The notes: a model not told the origin generated them from the letters alone. 64,000 bases of DNA from Anaeramoeba ignava BMAN (GCA_028826165.1 JAPDFW010000060.1:1-64000); one strand, 5' to 3'; positions 1 through 14,260 are shown, numbered from the stretch's first letter. Made by a program: numbers and translations.

Positions 1-3000
1 TTGAATTGAGAATTGATTTTAGAAATTGCAACCATAATATTTTTGCTTTCAAATTTTGGTTTAGATTCTTTTTTTAAATTAGGTAAATCTTGATTTTTAA
101 AGAGATTTTGTTGAATAGACTTAATATTGTTTTTTATTTCTTTCATTTTCATTAATAATTTTATACAAGAAATAAGAATAATATTTTCTGATTTGTTTTC
201 AATATATTTTTGATTTGTATTTTTCAAAAATTCATCAATAAAATTAACAATTTCTTCATTATCTTCATTTGAATTTTCATTTTTGAATAAATGAAAAGTA
301 AATTTTTAGTATTGGATAAAAATTGAATAAATATTTTCAATTTGTTTAACTTTTAAAAATATTTCAATTTTTTTTCATTGAATAATTTAAAATTTTTGAA
401 TAAACCAAAATTAAATTTTTGTTAATTTTTTTGAATAAAAATTGTTGAAAATTATTCTTCCATAAAAATGTTAAATATTTTGAAAATTTATGGAAAATAT
501 TTATAATTTCTTTTTCATATATTCTTCAATTTTACTTTTTTAATTGTTCTGAAATGTTTTGTATCATTTTCTTCAATTTCTTCTTCAAATTGAACATTTT
601 CTTTTCGTTACTTTTCTCAAACATAAATAAATTGGTTTTTCTTTTTGAGATTTTTACAAATTTTGATTTTTATAATTAATATTTTCTGAAAATAATTTTC
701 AATTAATTCATTTGTTATTTTATTAATCATTAATTCATTTTCAATTTTTTGATAATTATATTTTTCTCGTGTTTTTTTTGGATTTAATTGTTTTAATTGA
801 ATTGAAAATTGTTTTTGGAATGTTTGAATAATCCATTCATTATAAAGTTTTTCAATTTCTTCTTTTTCTTTTTCTTTTTGATTTATTTCAATCCAAAATT
901 CAAATAATTCTTCAATATTATCATTTTGAATTATTTCTTCTTTATCTTCTTTTATTTTTTCAATCAATTCTCTTATAAATAATAAAAATGAAAATGTTTT
1001 TCTCTTCTCATTTGTTTTTGTTTTTGTTTTTGGTTTGAAATTAATTAATTTGGAAATAAAAAGTAAATTAATTAATTTTTGATGAATTTTTTCAAAATAA
1101 ATTTGATGAATTTTTTGAAATGAAATTGTTTCTATTTTTTCATTGATTGTTGTGAATAATAATAATTTTGATAATTCTTTTAAATTAATTTTAAATTTTT
1201 GGAAAATATTTTTTGTTCTGAATGAAGAACCAATTTGATAAAAATCTTTTTTAAATATTTTTGAATAATTTCATCATTGAAAAAGATGAATCAATAAATG
1301 GAATAATTTTTGTTTTGTTGAGAAATTGTTTCATTTTGTTGAATTATTGAATAAATTATTGATGAAAATGGGAATTTTTGTTTAATTGTTTTTGTTTTGT
1401 AAATTGAATAACAAGGAATTTCAAATTGTTGAAATATATTATTCCAAATTTCTTTCATTTTTTCATCTTTTGAATTTAATAAAATTGTTAAATTTTCATT
1501 TTGATTTATATTTTGGAAAAATATATCAAAAATTTCAATTAAATCTTCTTTAATTTTATCAAATAAAATACTTATAAATTTTCTTTTCTTTGTTTGAAAT
1601 TTTGTAAAAATATCAAAATTTCCCATTTAAAATTTTTCATGTTTTGATTTTTAATTGATAATTCAATCATTTCTAATTTTTGATAATTTGTTTTTCATTT
1701 CTTCATTCTTAAAAGGTTTTTCAATTAATTTTTTCTTTTTGAAATTTTCATTTGTTAAATCTTTTTCTTTTGAAAGAATTATTCCTAAATTTTCTATTAT
1801 TATTTTTTCTATTTGTTTGTTTTTTTGTAAATAATCAAATGATTCTAAAAGATTTTGAGGTAAATTTTTAAGATTAAATAATGATTCCAATTTCTCTTCA
1901 ATATAATAATGTTCCCCAATTTTTCAAAATAAAAAGGAAAAATGATTTAGAATTTGAAGTGAAAGATAAATGAATGAATAATATAATATAAGAATTTTCA
2001 AGTTCTGTTTTGATTATTATTATTATTGTTATTATTGTTGTTATTATTATTGTTATTGTTGTTGTTTTGAGAAATTATTTGTTCAATTAAAAATTTAAAT
2101 TTGATAAAATAATTCAATTTGATTTTGTTTGAAATGAATAATTAAAATATTTTTCTTTTGGAATATTGGAAATTAATTCTTCATTTTCTTTTTGATAATT
2201 TTATCTTTGTTTTGTAAATCTAAAATTTTAAATGAATATTCTGAATATTTTTCTTCAATTTTTCCAATTTCTTTTATATCCTCTTGTAAAAATTATTGAT
2301 TTTTCAATTTTATTTTTAAAAATTTCTTCATTTAAAAGTTCTTCAAAAATTATTGTAAATAGATGAAAAATATTCTTCTTTGATTTGATTAACTTTTTGA
2401 ATTTGTTTTTGATAATAATTTTTAATTTCAATCATTTTTCAAATTTAAAAATTGAAATAATTTTCTTTTTGATTTTTCTTTTTGATCTTTTTCATTTTGA
2501 TATTTAAGAATAAGTGAAGAAAAATAAGTTTTGATTAAATTCAATAATTAAATCTTTTTCTTTGATTTTGTTTTCAGTAAATTTTTGATTGATTGAATAT
2601 TTTGAATATTTTGGATGATGATTCCTTTGGAATATTAAAAAGAAGAAATATCAATTAAATGTTTTTCAAATTGATTTTAATAAATTAGGTTGATTAAATT
2701 CATATTTAATTGCTTTTGTTGTTATAATTATTAATCTGAAATTTGGATTCATTTCAATTTTTCTTATTTCCATTTCCAAAAACGAATTGTTATATAAAAT
2801 TTTTCATTTTCTTTTAATATAATTTTTGATTAAATAAAATCATCTCAATAATGGATAAATTTTTGATAATCAAGAAGAATTAACATTTTTCCTTCATAAA
2901 TACATTTTTCAATAATATTTAATGCTTTATTAATTTCTTTTGATTTTTCTTTTTCTATTTGTGATTCTGATTTTATTAATGAATTTGAATCAAATAAAAT

Positions 3001-6000
3001 GATTGAATTTCTTGAAAAATCTTGTAAAATTATTGAAAAATTGAAATATTTGGAATAAATATCATTAAATGTCTTGATGTTTTTATAAAAATCTGAATAT
3101 TTTTGAATTTCATTTTCTTTTGATAATTCTTGAATATTTTCTTTTTATTAATTGAAATGGATTGAATTCTGGAAGTTTTTCAAATCCTTCAATTTTACTA
3201 TTTTCCAAAATTTGATTTAATATTTTTGATTTAATTCCAAAATTTCTAAAAAGAGATTCATAACAAATATCTAAAATTCGTGTTTTCTTTTGTTCATTTC
3301 CATAATAAAATCCAATATTATTAAGGAAATATTGATAATCTTTAATTCCATAAAAATTTAATGGTGGTTGATTTTCTTGAAGAATTGTTTTAAATTGTTT
3401 TGAAATTATTTCATTTTGATTTTGATAAATTTTAGAAAATAATTCAACAAAAATATTGGGATAATTTCTTTGTATTTTTTTAGAGAATGATTTTATAATT
3501 TCTTTTGTTACAATTTCTAATTGATTTCGATTTAAATTTAATAATAAATTTCTTGAAGTTAATCCTGAAATTTCAAAATTTGTATTTGTATTTGTTAATA
3601 AAATTAATGTGAATTTTGAATTTGAATTTGAATTATAAATCATTTTATTCATAATTTTTTTGATTTTTGAATGAATCATAATTAAATTTTCTTTTGATAA
3701 ATTTGTGAAATCTTTTAAAATTATTATTGGAATATTTTGTTTTTGTTTTTGTTTTTTAATGTTTTGAAATTGATTTTGAAGATATTCTTGTGTAAATATT
3801 TGTGAACATTGAATTTTAAATCGTTTTATTTGTGGAAGTTTCCATTGTTTTAAAATTTGATTTTCATTTTTAGAAGATAAAAATGAATTGAAAATAGATT
3901 GAAAAGATTTTTTTGAAATTGCTATTTTTGTTTTAAATAATAATAAAAATTTAATTTAATTTAATAATTGTTTTTGTTATTGTTTTTGTTATTAATTTAC
4001 CTAAATTATCAATTATTAATAAAGGTATTTGTGTAAAAAATGAAATAAATATTGATAAAATATTTTCATTAAAATTTTGATTTTGGAAAAGATTTGTTTT
4101 GGTTAAATTAAATTGAATTGATTGAATTAAACTTTTTGTTAATTTATCAATAATTTCTTTAATTTTGATTTTTTCTAAATCTTTTTTAAAATTTCCACTT
4201 ATTTTAATCTTTTTGAAATTTTCTTCAACTTTTAATAAAAATTTATCTTTTTCTTCTCCAATAAAATATGATCCATAAACAACAAACAAAGATAATAGAA
4301 TACTTTCTCTAATTATAATTCGATTTCTATTTGATGGATAAATCAATTTTTTGCAAATTTCTTTTTTAATTAACCATTGGAAAATATTGAGAAATATGAA
4401 AACATCTTGTAATGATTGAATAGAATAATTTGTTTTGTTTTGTTTTTGAATATAATTTCTTGAAAAATTAATTGTTTCTAAAATAATTTGAATAATTTTT
4501 TCTTTATCAATATTAACTAAATTTTTGGAAATTTTTGGTAAATCATTGATAAAATATAATTGTTTTCTCCTTTTTCGCTTAAATTCCCAAAATCATAAAT
4601 ATCTTCAAAAAATGAATCAGGAATTAATTGAGGTTTTGAAATTATTTCTTCAATTATATTTGATTCATTTGATTCATTTGGTTTGATTTGAGAAGAATAT
4701 TGTTTTGATTGAAATGATTTGATTGAAGCTAATAAATTAATTTGTTTTGATAAATTTTGTTCATTAAAAGAAAATCGATCTATTAAAATTTTCTTTAATA
4801 AAATTATGCATTCTTTTGATCCTGTATTGAAATCATTGAATAAAATATTAATTTTTGAATTTGGTTTTTCTTTGATAATATTTTCAGCTTTTTCAATAAT
4901 TTGTTCAATATCTTTTTGTTTGTTTTAGAATTGATATTTAAAATTATTAATTTTTGTTTTAAGATTTCTTCTAATAAATAATGAATTAATAAATTTTTCT
5001 CATAATCATTTCCTTCAATAAAAATAACTGGAAGTTTTGCTATTAATCTATAATGAATATTAATTAATTTCATTAGGTTATTTGAGGTTAAAAATATTGG
5101 ATATTCTTTTATATCTTGTTTTGAATTAAAAGAATTGAGAATTTTCAAAATCATTTCTTTTTCAATTTCAATTTTCTCTTCATCATTTTGGAAATTTTCA
5201 TAAATTTTAATCAATGCATTATTATTTAAAAATTTTTCTAATTTTTGATTAAATAATGATTTGATTTGATTATTGCTTATAATTATCATTTCAAGTGATT
5301 CATTTTTGTTTTGATTTAAAAAAATTGGGAAAGTGAAAAATTTTTGATTCCAATCAATTCTATCTTTTAATAAATTTGAGAAATCTTCAAATTCATTTGT
5401 TTCTATTTTTTCTATTTTTGTACTCCATTTAAGATAACGTGAAGAAATATTAACAATAGAATCTAAATAAAATGAAAATAATTGTGAAATAAATTTTTCA
5501 TAAATTTCTTTTTCTTCTTTGAATAAAAGTATTCTTAATTGATTTGAATCCAAAAATTGACAATTTTGTAATAAAATTGTTTGTGATTTTAAAATTGAAC
5601 AAATAATAAATATTATTCTGAATGTTAAAGGTTGATCTTGTAGTTTTTGTAATATTTTCTTTTCAATTAAATTAAAGAATTCTTTTTTATCTGGTTCTTG
5701 ATTAATAAATTCTTTTCTTTTTTCAATTTGAAGATTTTTGAATTGTTTGAAATTATTATTACTTAATTCAATTAATTTAGCAACATTTTTCAATTTTTTA
5801 TCTTCAATTTTTTCAATTATAAAATTTGGATTTAATTTAAATTTAATAAATGAAAATTCATCATAATTAACTTGACATTCTTTTTCTTGAAAATATTTTA
5901 ATGATTGGAAATTATTTAATCCATTTTCTGAATTTTCTTTTCTATTACTTGGAATTTCAAAAGCTAAAAAATAATTATTTAAATCTTCTTGATTAAAATC

Positions 6001-9000
6001 AAAAATGAAATTTGATGATTTTTCTCTTTTGTTTTCAAATAAATTCCACATTGTGAATCCCCAAATAAAATCTAAAGTTTCTAATTCAGGTGAAAAAGGT
6101 AATTCAATATGAAAAAATTTCTTTTCTTTTTCTTTATCTTTAATAAAATCATTTGATATTTCTTTTGATAAAATGATATTGAAATATAGATAATTTTCTT
6201 TTTGATATTTTTCATTATATTTTTTGTGAATTTGATAAGTTTTTCCCATTCCACTAATTTTAGAAGTAAATAATTGTATTTTTGAATAAAGTTTGTGATA
6301 TTTTTGGTAAATTTGTGTTATTTTTTTTTTGGAAATAATTTTGATTTTGTTTGTTATTAAACATTTTGGAAATTGATTAACAATTCTAAAACTTCCAATT
6401 TTCTCTTCATAAAAGAAAATTAATAATGGAAAATGAATTGTGAAAGAAATATTTTGAATTTTTTCAGTTAATACTTTTAAACATTCTTGAGATAATTTAT
6501 GTGAATGAAGAATTGAAAATAAATATTTGTTTTTTGGAATATTTTCATATTTTTCATTATAAATTTGATAAATATTAAAGAAATTGTTAATATCATTTTT
6601 TGTTGAATTTGAATCACAAAATAATATATTTTCTTTTAAAGGGAAATGATTACAATATCCTAAATATAAAGTTGTAACAATTTCATAAATTTCTTTTTCT
6701 TTTTCTAATTTATAAAAGAAAAATTTTTGATTTTGATTTTGATTTTGATTTTCAAAAATTTGATTAAATTGAGAATTTGATTTTTTTAAAATATTTTCAT
6801 CAATTTTGATTATTCTTTGTTTGATTGAATTTTTGATAGGAATTAATTTTTCTAATTTATTAATAAATGTTTTGAAAAAATTTGAATCAATTTTAATTTG
6901 AGAAATTTGAATTTTGAAATTTTTAAATTCTTCATTTTTTAAATTTGGTTTAAATGATTTAAGAAGAGATAATGAATTATTGTTTTTGTTTTCAAAATGA
7001 AATTCTTTTATAATTGAAAAGATTTGTTCTTTTGAGAAAATTGAAAAAGTAAATTGAATATTATTATTATTGTTGTTGTTGTTATTGATAAATTCTGAAA
7101 ATAAATTATCAATTTGTTTTGTGAAATTTCTTTCTTCTTCAGTTTCTTTTTCTTTTTGTAATAAAATTAATTCTTCAATTTTTTTAAAAATTTTCTCTAA
7201 TTTTTCTTGTGAAGGATTTATTTTTTGATAAATTTTGATAATAATTTCAAATATATCATTAAATGATTTGAAAAGTTTTTCATTATATAAATATTCTTTA
7301 AATTCTTCTCTTAAATTTTGTAAATATTTTTTGGTTTGTTTTAAATTATTGTTATTGATTTTATTAAAAATTTCTTTAAATTTTTATCATTTTCTAATTT
7401 TTGTAAAATTTGAATTGATTGAGGAAGTAATTCAAAATTATATTTCTTATTTAATGTACTTTCAATAAATTTTATAAATTTCTTGAAATATTTGATTAAT
7501 TTTTGATAAATCTTTCATTTCTTTTTCATTTTTCAATTTTGGATTAAAAAAATTAGAATAAAATTCATTTTCATATTTAAATAATGGAAAAATAAAAGTA
7601 AACCAATAAGGAATTTTGGAATAATTTTTTCTGTATTCTTGATATTTTAAAATTGGATAACAAATTCGTTTAATTTTATCTTTAGGAATATTGGAAATTT
7701 CAAATAATAATTCAATTTCTTTTTCTAATAATTCTTTTTTAATTTTCATTTTTTTTTCTTTTTCAATTATTTTTAAGAATAAATTTTCAAATTCTTTGAT
7801 TTTCATTTTTTGATTTGAAATTAATTTTGTTTTTTTTATCAAATCATCTTGAATTTGTTTAATTTTATTTTGTAAATCTTCAAATGAAATTTTCTTTTTT
7901 TCATTTATTAATGATTGTTGATATTCATTCCAATAAATCTTTTGAAAAATTTGAGTTTGTTTCATTTTATAAAAATTTTGGATAATTTCTTCTTTAATTT
8001 TCAAATTTTGAATTGATTTTTTAATTTCATTAATTGATTTATTACTTTCAAATAAATTCAATATTTCTTTAATTTTTAAAATATCTTCTTCAATTAAAAT
8101 TGAATTTAATTCTTTTGATAAGAAGTTTTTTTGTTGATTTAATTGTTCAAGTTCTTCTTTTAAAATTTGTGAATTTGGTTTTTCGAATATAACCCAAATT
8201 GCTGAATTTTCATAATTTTGATTAATAATTTCAGAAATTTCTTTATAAGAAAAATTTAAATTTTTTGATTTTTCAATAAAATTTTCAATTTCTTTTTGAT
8301 ATTTTTTAATTGATTTAAGAAATTCAAATTTTGAAATTTTTTCTTTTTCTTTTTCTTTTATAGTTACGAAAGCATTTATCCAAATATTTTTTTCTTGTTC
8401 TGGAAGTGAATTAAAGAATTGAAATAAATTTTGAGAATTAGTTGGTCTTTTTTCTCCAATTAAAGAATTTAATTCCAATAACTTTTGATTTTGATTTTGA
8501 TTTTGATTTTCATTTTCATTTTGAATTTGATTTATATTTTGATTTTTATTTTGATTTCGATTTCGATTTCGATTTCGATTTCGATTTCGATTTTGATTTA
8601 TATTTGGATATAGATTTTGATTTATATTTTGAATTTGAATTAGATTTATATTTTTATTTTTATTTCGAATTTGAATTCGATCTATATATTGATTTTGAAT
8701 TTGAATTTGATTTATATTTGGATATAGATTTTGAATTTGATTTTGATTTTTATTTCGAATTTGAATTCGATCTATATATTGATTTTGAATTTGAATTTGA
8801 TTTTGATTTTCTTCCATAAATTTCCAAAGAAATTCGAAAAGAAATTTTGGAATATTGTTTAAATTTAATACTTGTGATTCGATTATTAATTCTGAAATTT
8901 CTGATTTGGTTTTATTTTGGAAAATTTTTTGGTTGATATTTTCACAAATTTCTTTTTCAATTTCTTTCAAATAATTTTGATTTTGATTTTGATTTTGATT

Positions 9001-10207
9001 TTGATTTTGATTTTGATTTTGATTTTGAATTTGATTTTGATTTTGATTTTGATTTTGATTTTTGATTTTTTTTAGATTTTGATTTTCAAGATTAGATTTA
9101 AAACTTTGATAAAATGTAATGAAACATTCACAACTTGATTGAAGATGTTGTGATTCAAAATTTTTGATTAGGTTTAATATTAATGAATTGAAATTATTTT
9201 GAATTAGATATTTTAATAATTCTTTTTTATCTGTTAAATTTTTGAAAAAAATTAGAATTAATTCTTGTGCTTTTGAATATATTTTGGAATCAAATAACTT
9301 GAATAAATCAAAAAAGAAACCTTGATTTATTGAATAATTATGTATAAGAAATTCAAATTTTTGGAAAATTGGTTTTGGTTTAAATTTCTTGAAAAAGTTC
9401 CAATCTTCAGGTATTAAAAAGTCTGAATATAAAGGAAATAAATAAAGATATTCAACTTTACAATTTTTAAGATTTCTTTTGAAATAATTTTGAAAAATTC
9501 CTCGAATTTCTTTTAATTCTTGTTTTTCTATCGCAAATATTTTTTGAATAATTTGAAGCATCTCAACAACTTTTTGAGGAAAAACTTGTAAATTATTAAT
9601 GAAAATATAATCAAAGTTTTCAGTGAAAATAGTAAGGCAAATACAAACAAATAATAAAATTGATTTTCTTTCGTTATTTCATATTGGATTTTTTTAATTT
9701 CTTCAAAAAATAATTCACAAAATTGAAAATCCTTTAGATTTTTATATTTGACATTTCGGAAAAATTCATGTTGACTTAAAGATTTAATTCCTTTCCAAAA
9801 ATTGATAAAAATATCTTCTATTTTTTATTGCGTTTTTCTGTTTTTCTTCTTTTGGATATTATCAATTTTGATATCGAAAAAAGTAAATCATTTCCAATTG
9901 ATAAAATAGATTCAACATCTTGAGAAGAAAAATAACTTTTAAATATAAATATTTTTTTTTCTTGTAGTTGAAAATTTGAAAGGAAATAAAAGTATTGAAT
10001 TAATTTTTCTTGTTGATTTTCAAAGTATTTTATTTGGATAGTATTTTGTTCTATATTTATTTCAGTTTTAAAAGAACCATACCAAACATTTTTATTTGGA
10101 TGAATTTGTCCAAGAGGAATAAAATTTTGATTGTTAACTTTAACAGAAACAGAATTAGTTTGAAGAGAACCAAAATGTAAATAAAAATAAAGTTGTTTTC
10201 GTTGCAT
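1..10207 (-). pseudogene. RNF213/mysterin-like giant AAA+ protein, broken by many frameshifts and stops; runs off the left edge of the window
   Basis: Collinear minus-strand fragments (ORFs 9818-10207, 7462-9561, 4804-6249, 3951-4346, 3110-3679, 1663-1890, 1291-1626, 617-967) carry RNF213-type landmarks in the expected order: SGMGKTYQI (~6235-6260), LPVIFIEG, QSLQDV, ENILSIFISFFTQIPLLII, IQCSQ, FYGIKDYQYF, LFRNFG, KCIYEGKMLILLD. No plausible introns bridge the breaks. Assembly error cannot be excluded. Confidence 0.7.
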
Positions 10208-10364
10208 TTATTTTTAAGAAAAAAAAAATGAAAAAAAAATAAAAATTATTTTTCCTTTTTTTTATTTATTTGGGCAAATTTTGCTTTTTTTTTTTTTTAA
10301 AGAAAGAAAAAATCAATTTTTGTTTTTAAATTTTGAGTTTTTTTAAATTTTTGAGTTTTATTTC

Positions 10365-12422
10365 CTATTTTCTATCTTTTCTGTTTTTTCTTTATATTTT
10401 TCTACCATTGTATTTAAAAGATTTGTTGAATATTCAACAAAAAACATAAAAAAACCTCCAACGAAAGCTGCTTTTGTTGCTTCTCTATTTTATTTTTTTT
10501 TCCGATTTTAATTTTAATTTTAATTTTTTTCCGATTTTAATTTTAATTATAATTTTAATTTTAATTTTAATTTTTATTTTTATTTTAATTTTAATTTTAA
10601 TTTTAATTTTAATTTTTATTTTAATTTTAATTTTAATTTTAATTTTAATTTTAATTTTAATTTTAATTTTAATTTTAATTTTAATTTTAATTTTAATTTT
10701 AATTTTAATAAATAAAATACTTTGTTCCAGAACGTGCTGCTAAAATTCCACCAGTTAAAGCACCAGCAAAAACACGATTCCAAATATCTTCTTTTTTTCT
10801 AAAATGAACTAAACTACATTCTAAACTTGCAAAAATTCCACTCCAAACAGCAAAAGAACCTTTATATTATTTTAATTTTGATTTTTATTTTTGATTTTGA
10901 ATTTGAATTTGATTTTAATTTTAATTTTGATTTTAATTTCAATTTTAATTTTGATTTTGATTTTGATTTTGATTTTAATTTTAATTTTAATTTTAATTTT
11001 GATTTTAATTTTAATTTTGATTTTGATTTTGATTTTGATTTTGAATTTAAACTCAATAAAATTCACACCTCCTGTTTTTAATGATTGATATTTCATTTTA
11101 TAAAATCCTCCTTTTAAACGATCTCCAACTGGACTACTTCTCGCTCCTTTCAAAAAATTCCAAGCTCCTCCTCCTTTTTAAAATTAAATTTTGATTTTGA
11201 TTTTGATTTTGATTTTAATTTTCATTTTTAATTTTAATTTTAATTTTGATTTTGATTTTGATTTTGATTTTGATTTTGATTTTGATTTTGATTTTAATTT
11301 TTATTTTGATTTTGATTTTAATTTCTATTTTGATTTTGAATTTGATTTTAATTTTAATTTTGATTTTGAATTTGATTTTGATTTTGATTTTGATTTTGAT
11401 TTTGATTTTGATTTTGATTTTGATTTTGATTTTAATTTTAATTTTGTATTTATATTTAGAATTTGATTTTGATTTTGATTTTGATTTTGATTTTGATTTT
11501 AATTTTTATTTTGATTTTAATTTATTTTGATTTTGATTTTGAATTTGATTTTGATTTTGATTTTGATTTTAATTTTGATTTTTATTTTGATTTTGATTTT
11601 CATTTTGATTTTAATTTTGATTTTAATTTTGATTCTTATTTTGATTTTGATTTTGATTTTAATTTTGATTTTGATTTTGATTTTGATTTTGATTTTGAAT
11701 TTAATTTTGATTTTGATTTTAATTTTGATTTTGATTTTGATTTTGATTTTTAATTTTAATTTTGATTTTGATTTTAATTTTTATTTTGATTTTGATTTTA
11801 ATTTTAATTTTGATTTTAATTTTAATTTTGATTTTGATTTTAATTTTGATTTTGATTTTGATTTTGATTTTGATTTTGATTTTGATTTTGATTTTGATTT
11901 TGATTTTGATTTTTGATTTTGATTTTGAATTTTGATTTTGTATTTTGATTTTGATTTTATTTTTATTTTGATTTTGATTTTGATTTTTGTATTTTGATTT
12001 TTATTTTGATTTTGATTTTTGATTTTGATTTTGATTTTGATTTTAATTTTGATTTTGATTTTAATTTTAATTTTGATTTTGAATTTGATTTTCAATTTGA
12101 TTTTGATTTTGATTTTGATTTTGATTTTGATTTTGATTTTGATTTTGAATTTAATTTTGAATTTGATTTTGATTTTGATTTTGATTTTGATTTTGATTTT
12201 GATTTTGATTTTGATTTTTAATTTGAATTTGATTTTGATTTTGATTTTGATTTTGATTTTGATTTTGATTTTGGTTTTAATTTTGATTTTGATTTTGATT
12301 TTGATTCTGTATTTTAATGCAAAATTACCAATCATTCCCATAACAAAACTACTTCCAATTTCATCTAAAATCTTTTTAGGACAAGCTTTTGATTGAGTAT
12401 TTTCTTTATTTTGTTGAGACAT
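10365..12422 (-). CDS. TIM17: Tim17-family inner-membrane protein translocase subunit, 4 exons
   Basis: Spliced product MSQQ...[19 protein letters not shown]|[22 protein letters not shown]...KTG|[47 protein letters not shown]|[17 protein letters not shown]...RK*. GT-AG introns; intron 1 is 11174-12328. Matches the Tim17 PRAT motif. Confidence 0.93.
11190..12305. repeat. (GATTTT/AATTTT)n hexamer microsatellite filling Tim17 intron 1 (also fills introns 2 and 3)
   Basis: Direct inspection; source of the ILIL/FDFD/KIKI pseudo-ORFs. Confidence 0.95.
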
Positions 12423-12477
12423 TTAAGAAAGAAAAAAAATGAAAAAAAAAAAATGAAAAAATTTTTTTGAATTTTTT

Positions 12478-13476
12478 TCAATTTTTTTTTTTTGAAATTA
12501 TTCTTCTTCTTGCATTTATCAACCAAGTATTAACTTGTTTAACATCAATTCCTGTCAACTTTGATAATTTAATTTTTTCTTGTTGATTTGGATAAGGATT
12601 TTTTTTATTTTTCTTCAAATAATCTTTTAAAAAATTAACAGCTTTTTGAGGTAAATTATGTCTTCTTTGTTTTAAATGAATTTGTTCAATTTCTCGATTT
12701 TTTTGGATTTCATTTACAAATAAAATAGTTGCTCTTCTTTTTTTTCTTTTTGGAATTTTTTGATTAAATTTTTCTTCATCAATTTCTTCATCAATTTCTT
12801 CATCAATTTCTTCATCTTCTTGTTTTTCTTTTTCTTTTTCTTTTTCTTTTCTGCATTCAATTAATAAATTTTCACAAAATCTGTCAAATTTTGTTTTTTT
12901 TGATGAAATTAATTTTTCTAATTGATCAAAAAAATTCACAATTTTTTTCGTTTCAAAAAATATTTTTCTTGTTAAAATTGATAAGATTAAATCAAAATCT
13001 AAATTAGAATCTAATCCAAAATCTATTAAAGATAATTTGCTTTTTTGATTTGATTCAATTTTGGAAATTTTTTTTTTAATCATTTTCAATTCTTGTTTTT
13101 TGTTTGTTTTTTTAAGTTGGTTTAATAAAGAAAATAATGGATGATTTTGGATTTTTGATTTTAATTCTTGAAAAACTTTATCATCAAAAATTATTTGATC
13201 ATCATTTTTAATTTGATTGTCAAAATCAAAATTAATGTCAGAATCTAATTGAGAATTAAATTTTTTATTTTGCATTCCAAAGTCACAATCAAAGTCACAA
13301 TTACAATCAAAATTTAAATCAAAATTTAAATCAAAATTAAAATCAAAATCAAAATCATTTTCTTTTTGTTTTTGATTTTTTTCTTGTTCTTGTTCTTTTT
13401 TTTCAAAATTAGCAATTTCTTTTAAAGTTTCTAATTCAATTCCATCAATAAAAACTGAAAAATCAAATTGATCCAT
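12478..13476 (-). CDS. TALE-class (KNOX/MEIS/TGIF-like) homeodomain transcription factor
   Basis: C-terminal RRHNLPQKAVNFLKDYLKKNKKNPYPNQQEKIKLSKLTGIDVKQVNTWLINARRR with the PYP three-residue loop extension; upstream KSKIQNHPLFSLL. Confidence 0.9.
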   Translation of the reverse strand: MDQFDFSVFIDGIELETLKEIANFEKKEQEQEKNQKQKENDFDFDFNFDLNFDLNFDCNCDFDCDFGMQNKKFNSQLDSDINFDFDNQIKNDDQIIFDDKVFQELKSKIQNHPLFSLLNQLKKTNKKQELKMIKKKISKIESNQKSKLSLIDFGLDSNLDFDLILSILTRKIFFETKKIVNFFDQLEKLISSKKTKFDRFCENLLIECRKEKEKEKEKQEDEEIDEEIDEEIDEEKFNQKIPKRKKRRATILFVNEIQKNREIEQIHLKQRRHNLPQKAVNFLKDYLKKNKKNPYPNQQEKIKLSKLTGIDVKQVNTWLINARRRIISKKKN

Positions 13477-13651
13477 TTTTTTGTTTTTTAAAAGAAAAAA
13501 AAATAATCAAATCAAATCAAATAATTATAAAAAAAAAAAGAGGAAAATTGAAATTGATTAGAAAAAGAAAAATGACTTTTGAATCAATTCTTTTTATTTT
13601 GTTTTTTTTTTGAAGAATTTTTCTTTTGAAAAAAAATATAAAAAATGACTT

Positions 13652-14260
13652 TGAAATTAAATTTTAATTTTAATTTTAATTTTAATTTTTATTTTAATTT
13701 TAATTTTAATTTTAATTTTAATTTTAATTTTAATTTTAATTTTAATTTTTATTTGAATTTTTATTTGAATTTTAAATTTAATTTTAATTTTAATTTTAAT
13801 TTGAATTTTAATTTTAAATTTTGATTTTGATTTGAATTTTAATTTTAATTTTAATTTTAATTTTAATTTTAATTTTAATTTTAATTTTAATTTTAATTTT
13901 AATTTTAATTTTAATTTTAATTTTAATTTTAATTTTAATTTTTAATTTGAATTTTAATTTTAATTTTAATTTTAATTTTAATTTTAATTTTAATTTTAAT
14001 TTTGATTTTAATTTTGATTTTTAATTTTAATTTTAATTTTAATTTTAATTTTAATTTTTATTTTAATTTTTATTTTAATTTTAATTTTAATTTAAATTTT
14101 AATTTTAATTTTAATTTTAATTTTAATTTTAATTTTAATTTTAATTTTAATTTTAATTTTAATTTTGATTTTAATTTGAATTTAAATTTAATCTGAATTT
14201 GAATTTTAATTTTAATTTTGAATTTTAATTTGAATTTGAATTTTAATTTGAATTTTAATT
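13652..14260. repeat. (TTTTAA)n microsatellite, intergenic, 3' of the next minus-strand gene
   Basis: Direct inspection. Confidence 0.95.

Noticed and set aside
10474-12396. Many ILILIL / FDFDFD / KIKIKI / SKSKSK ORFs here and at 14002, 15839, 21381, 26781, 31947, 32789, 44051, 47399, 50651, 56533-57441 and 60140-61541
   Set aside because: Stop-free frames of hexamer or 12-mer repeats lying in introns, intergenic DNA or antisense to (NQ)n exons.
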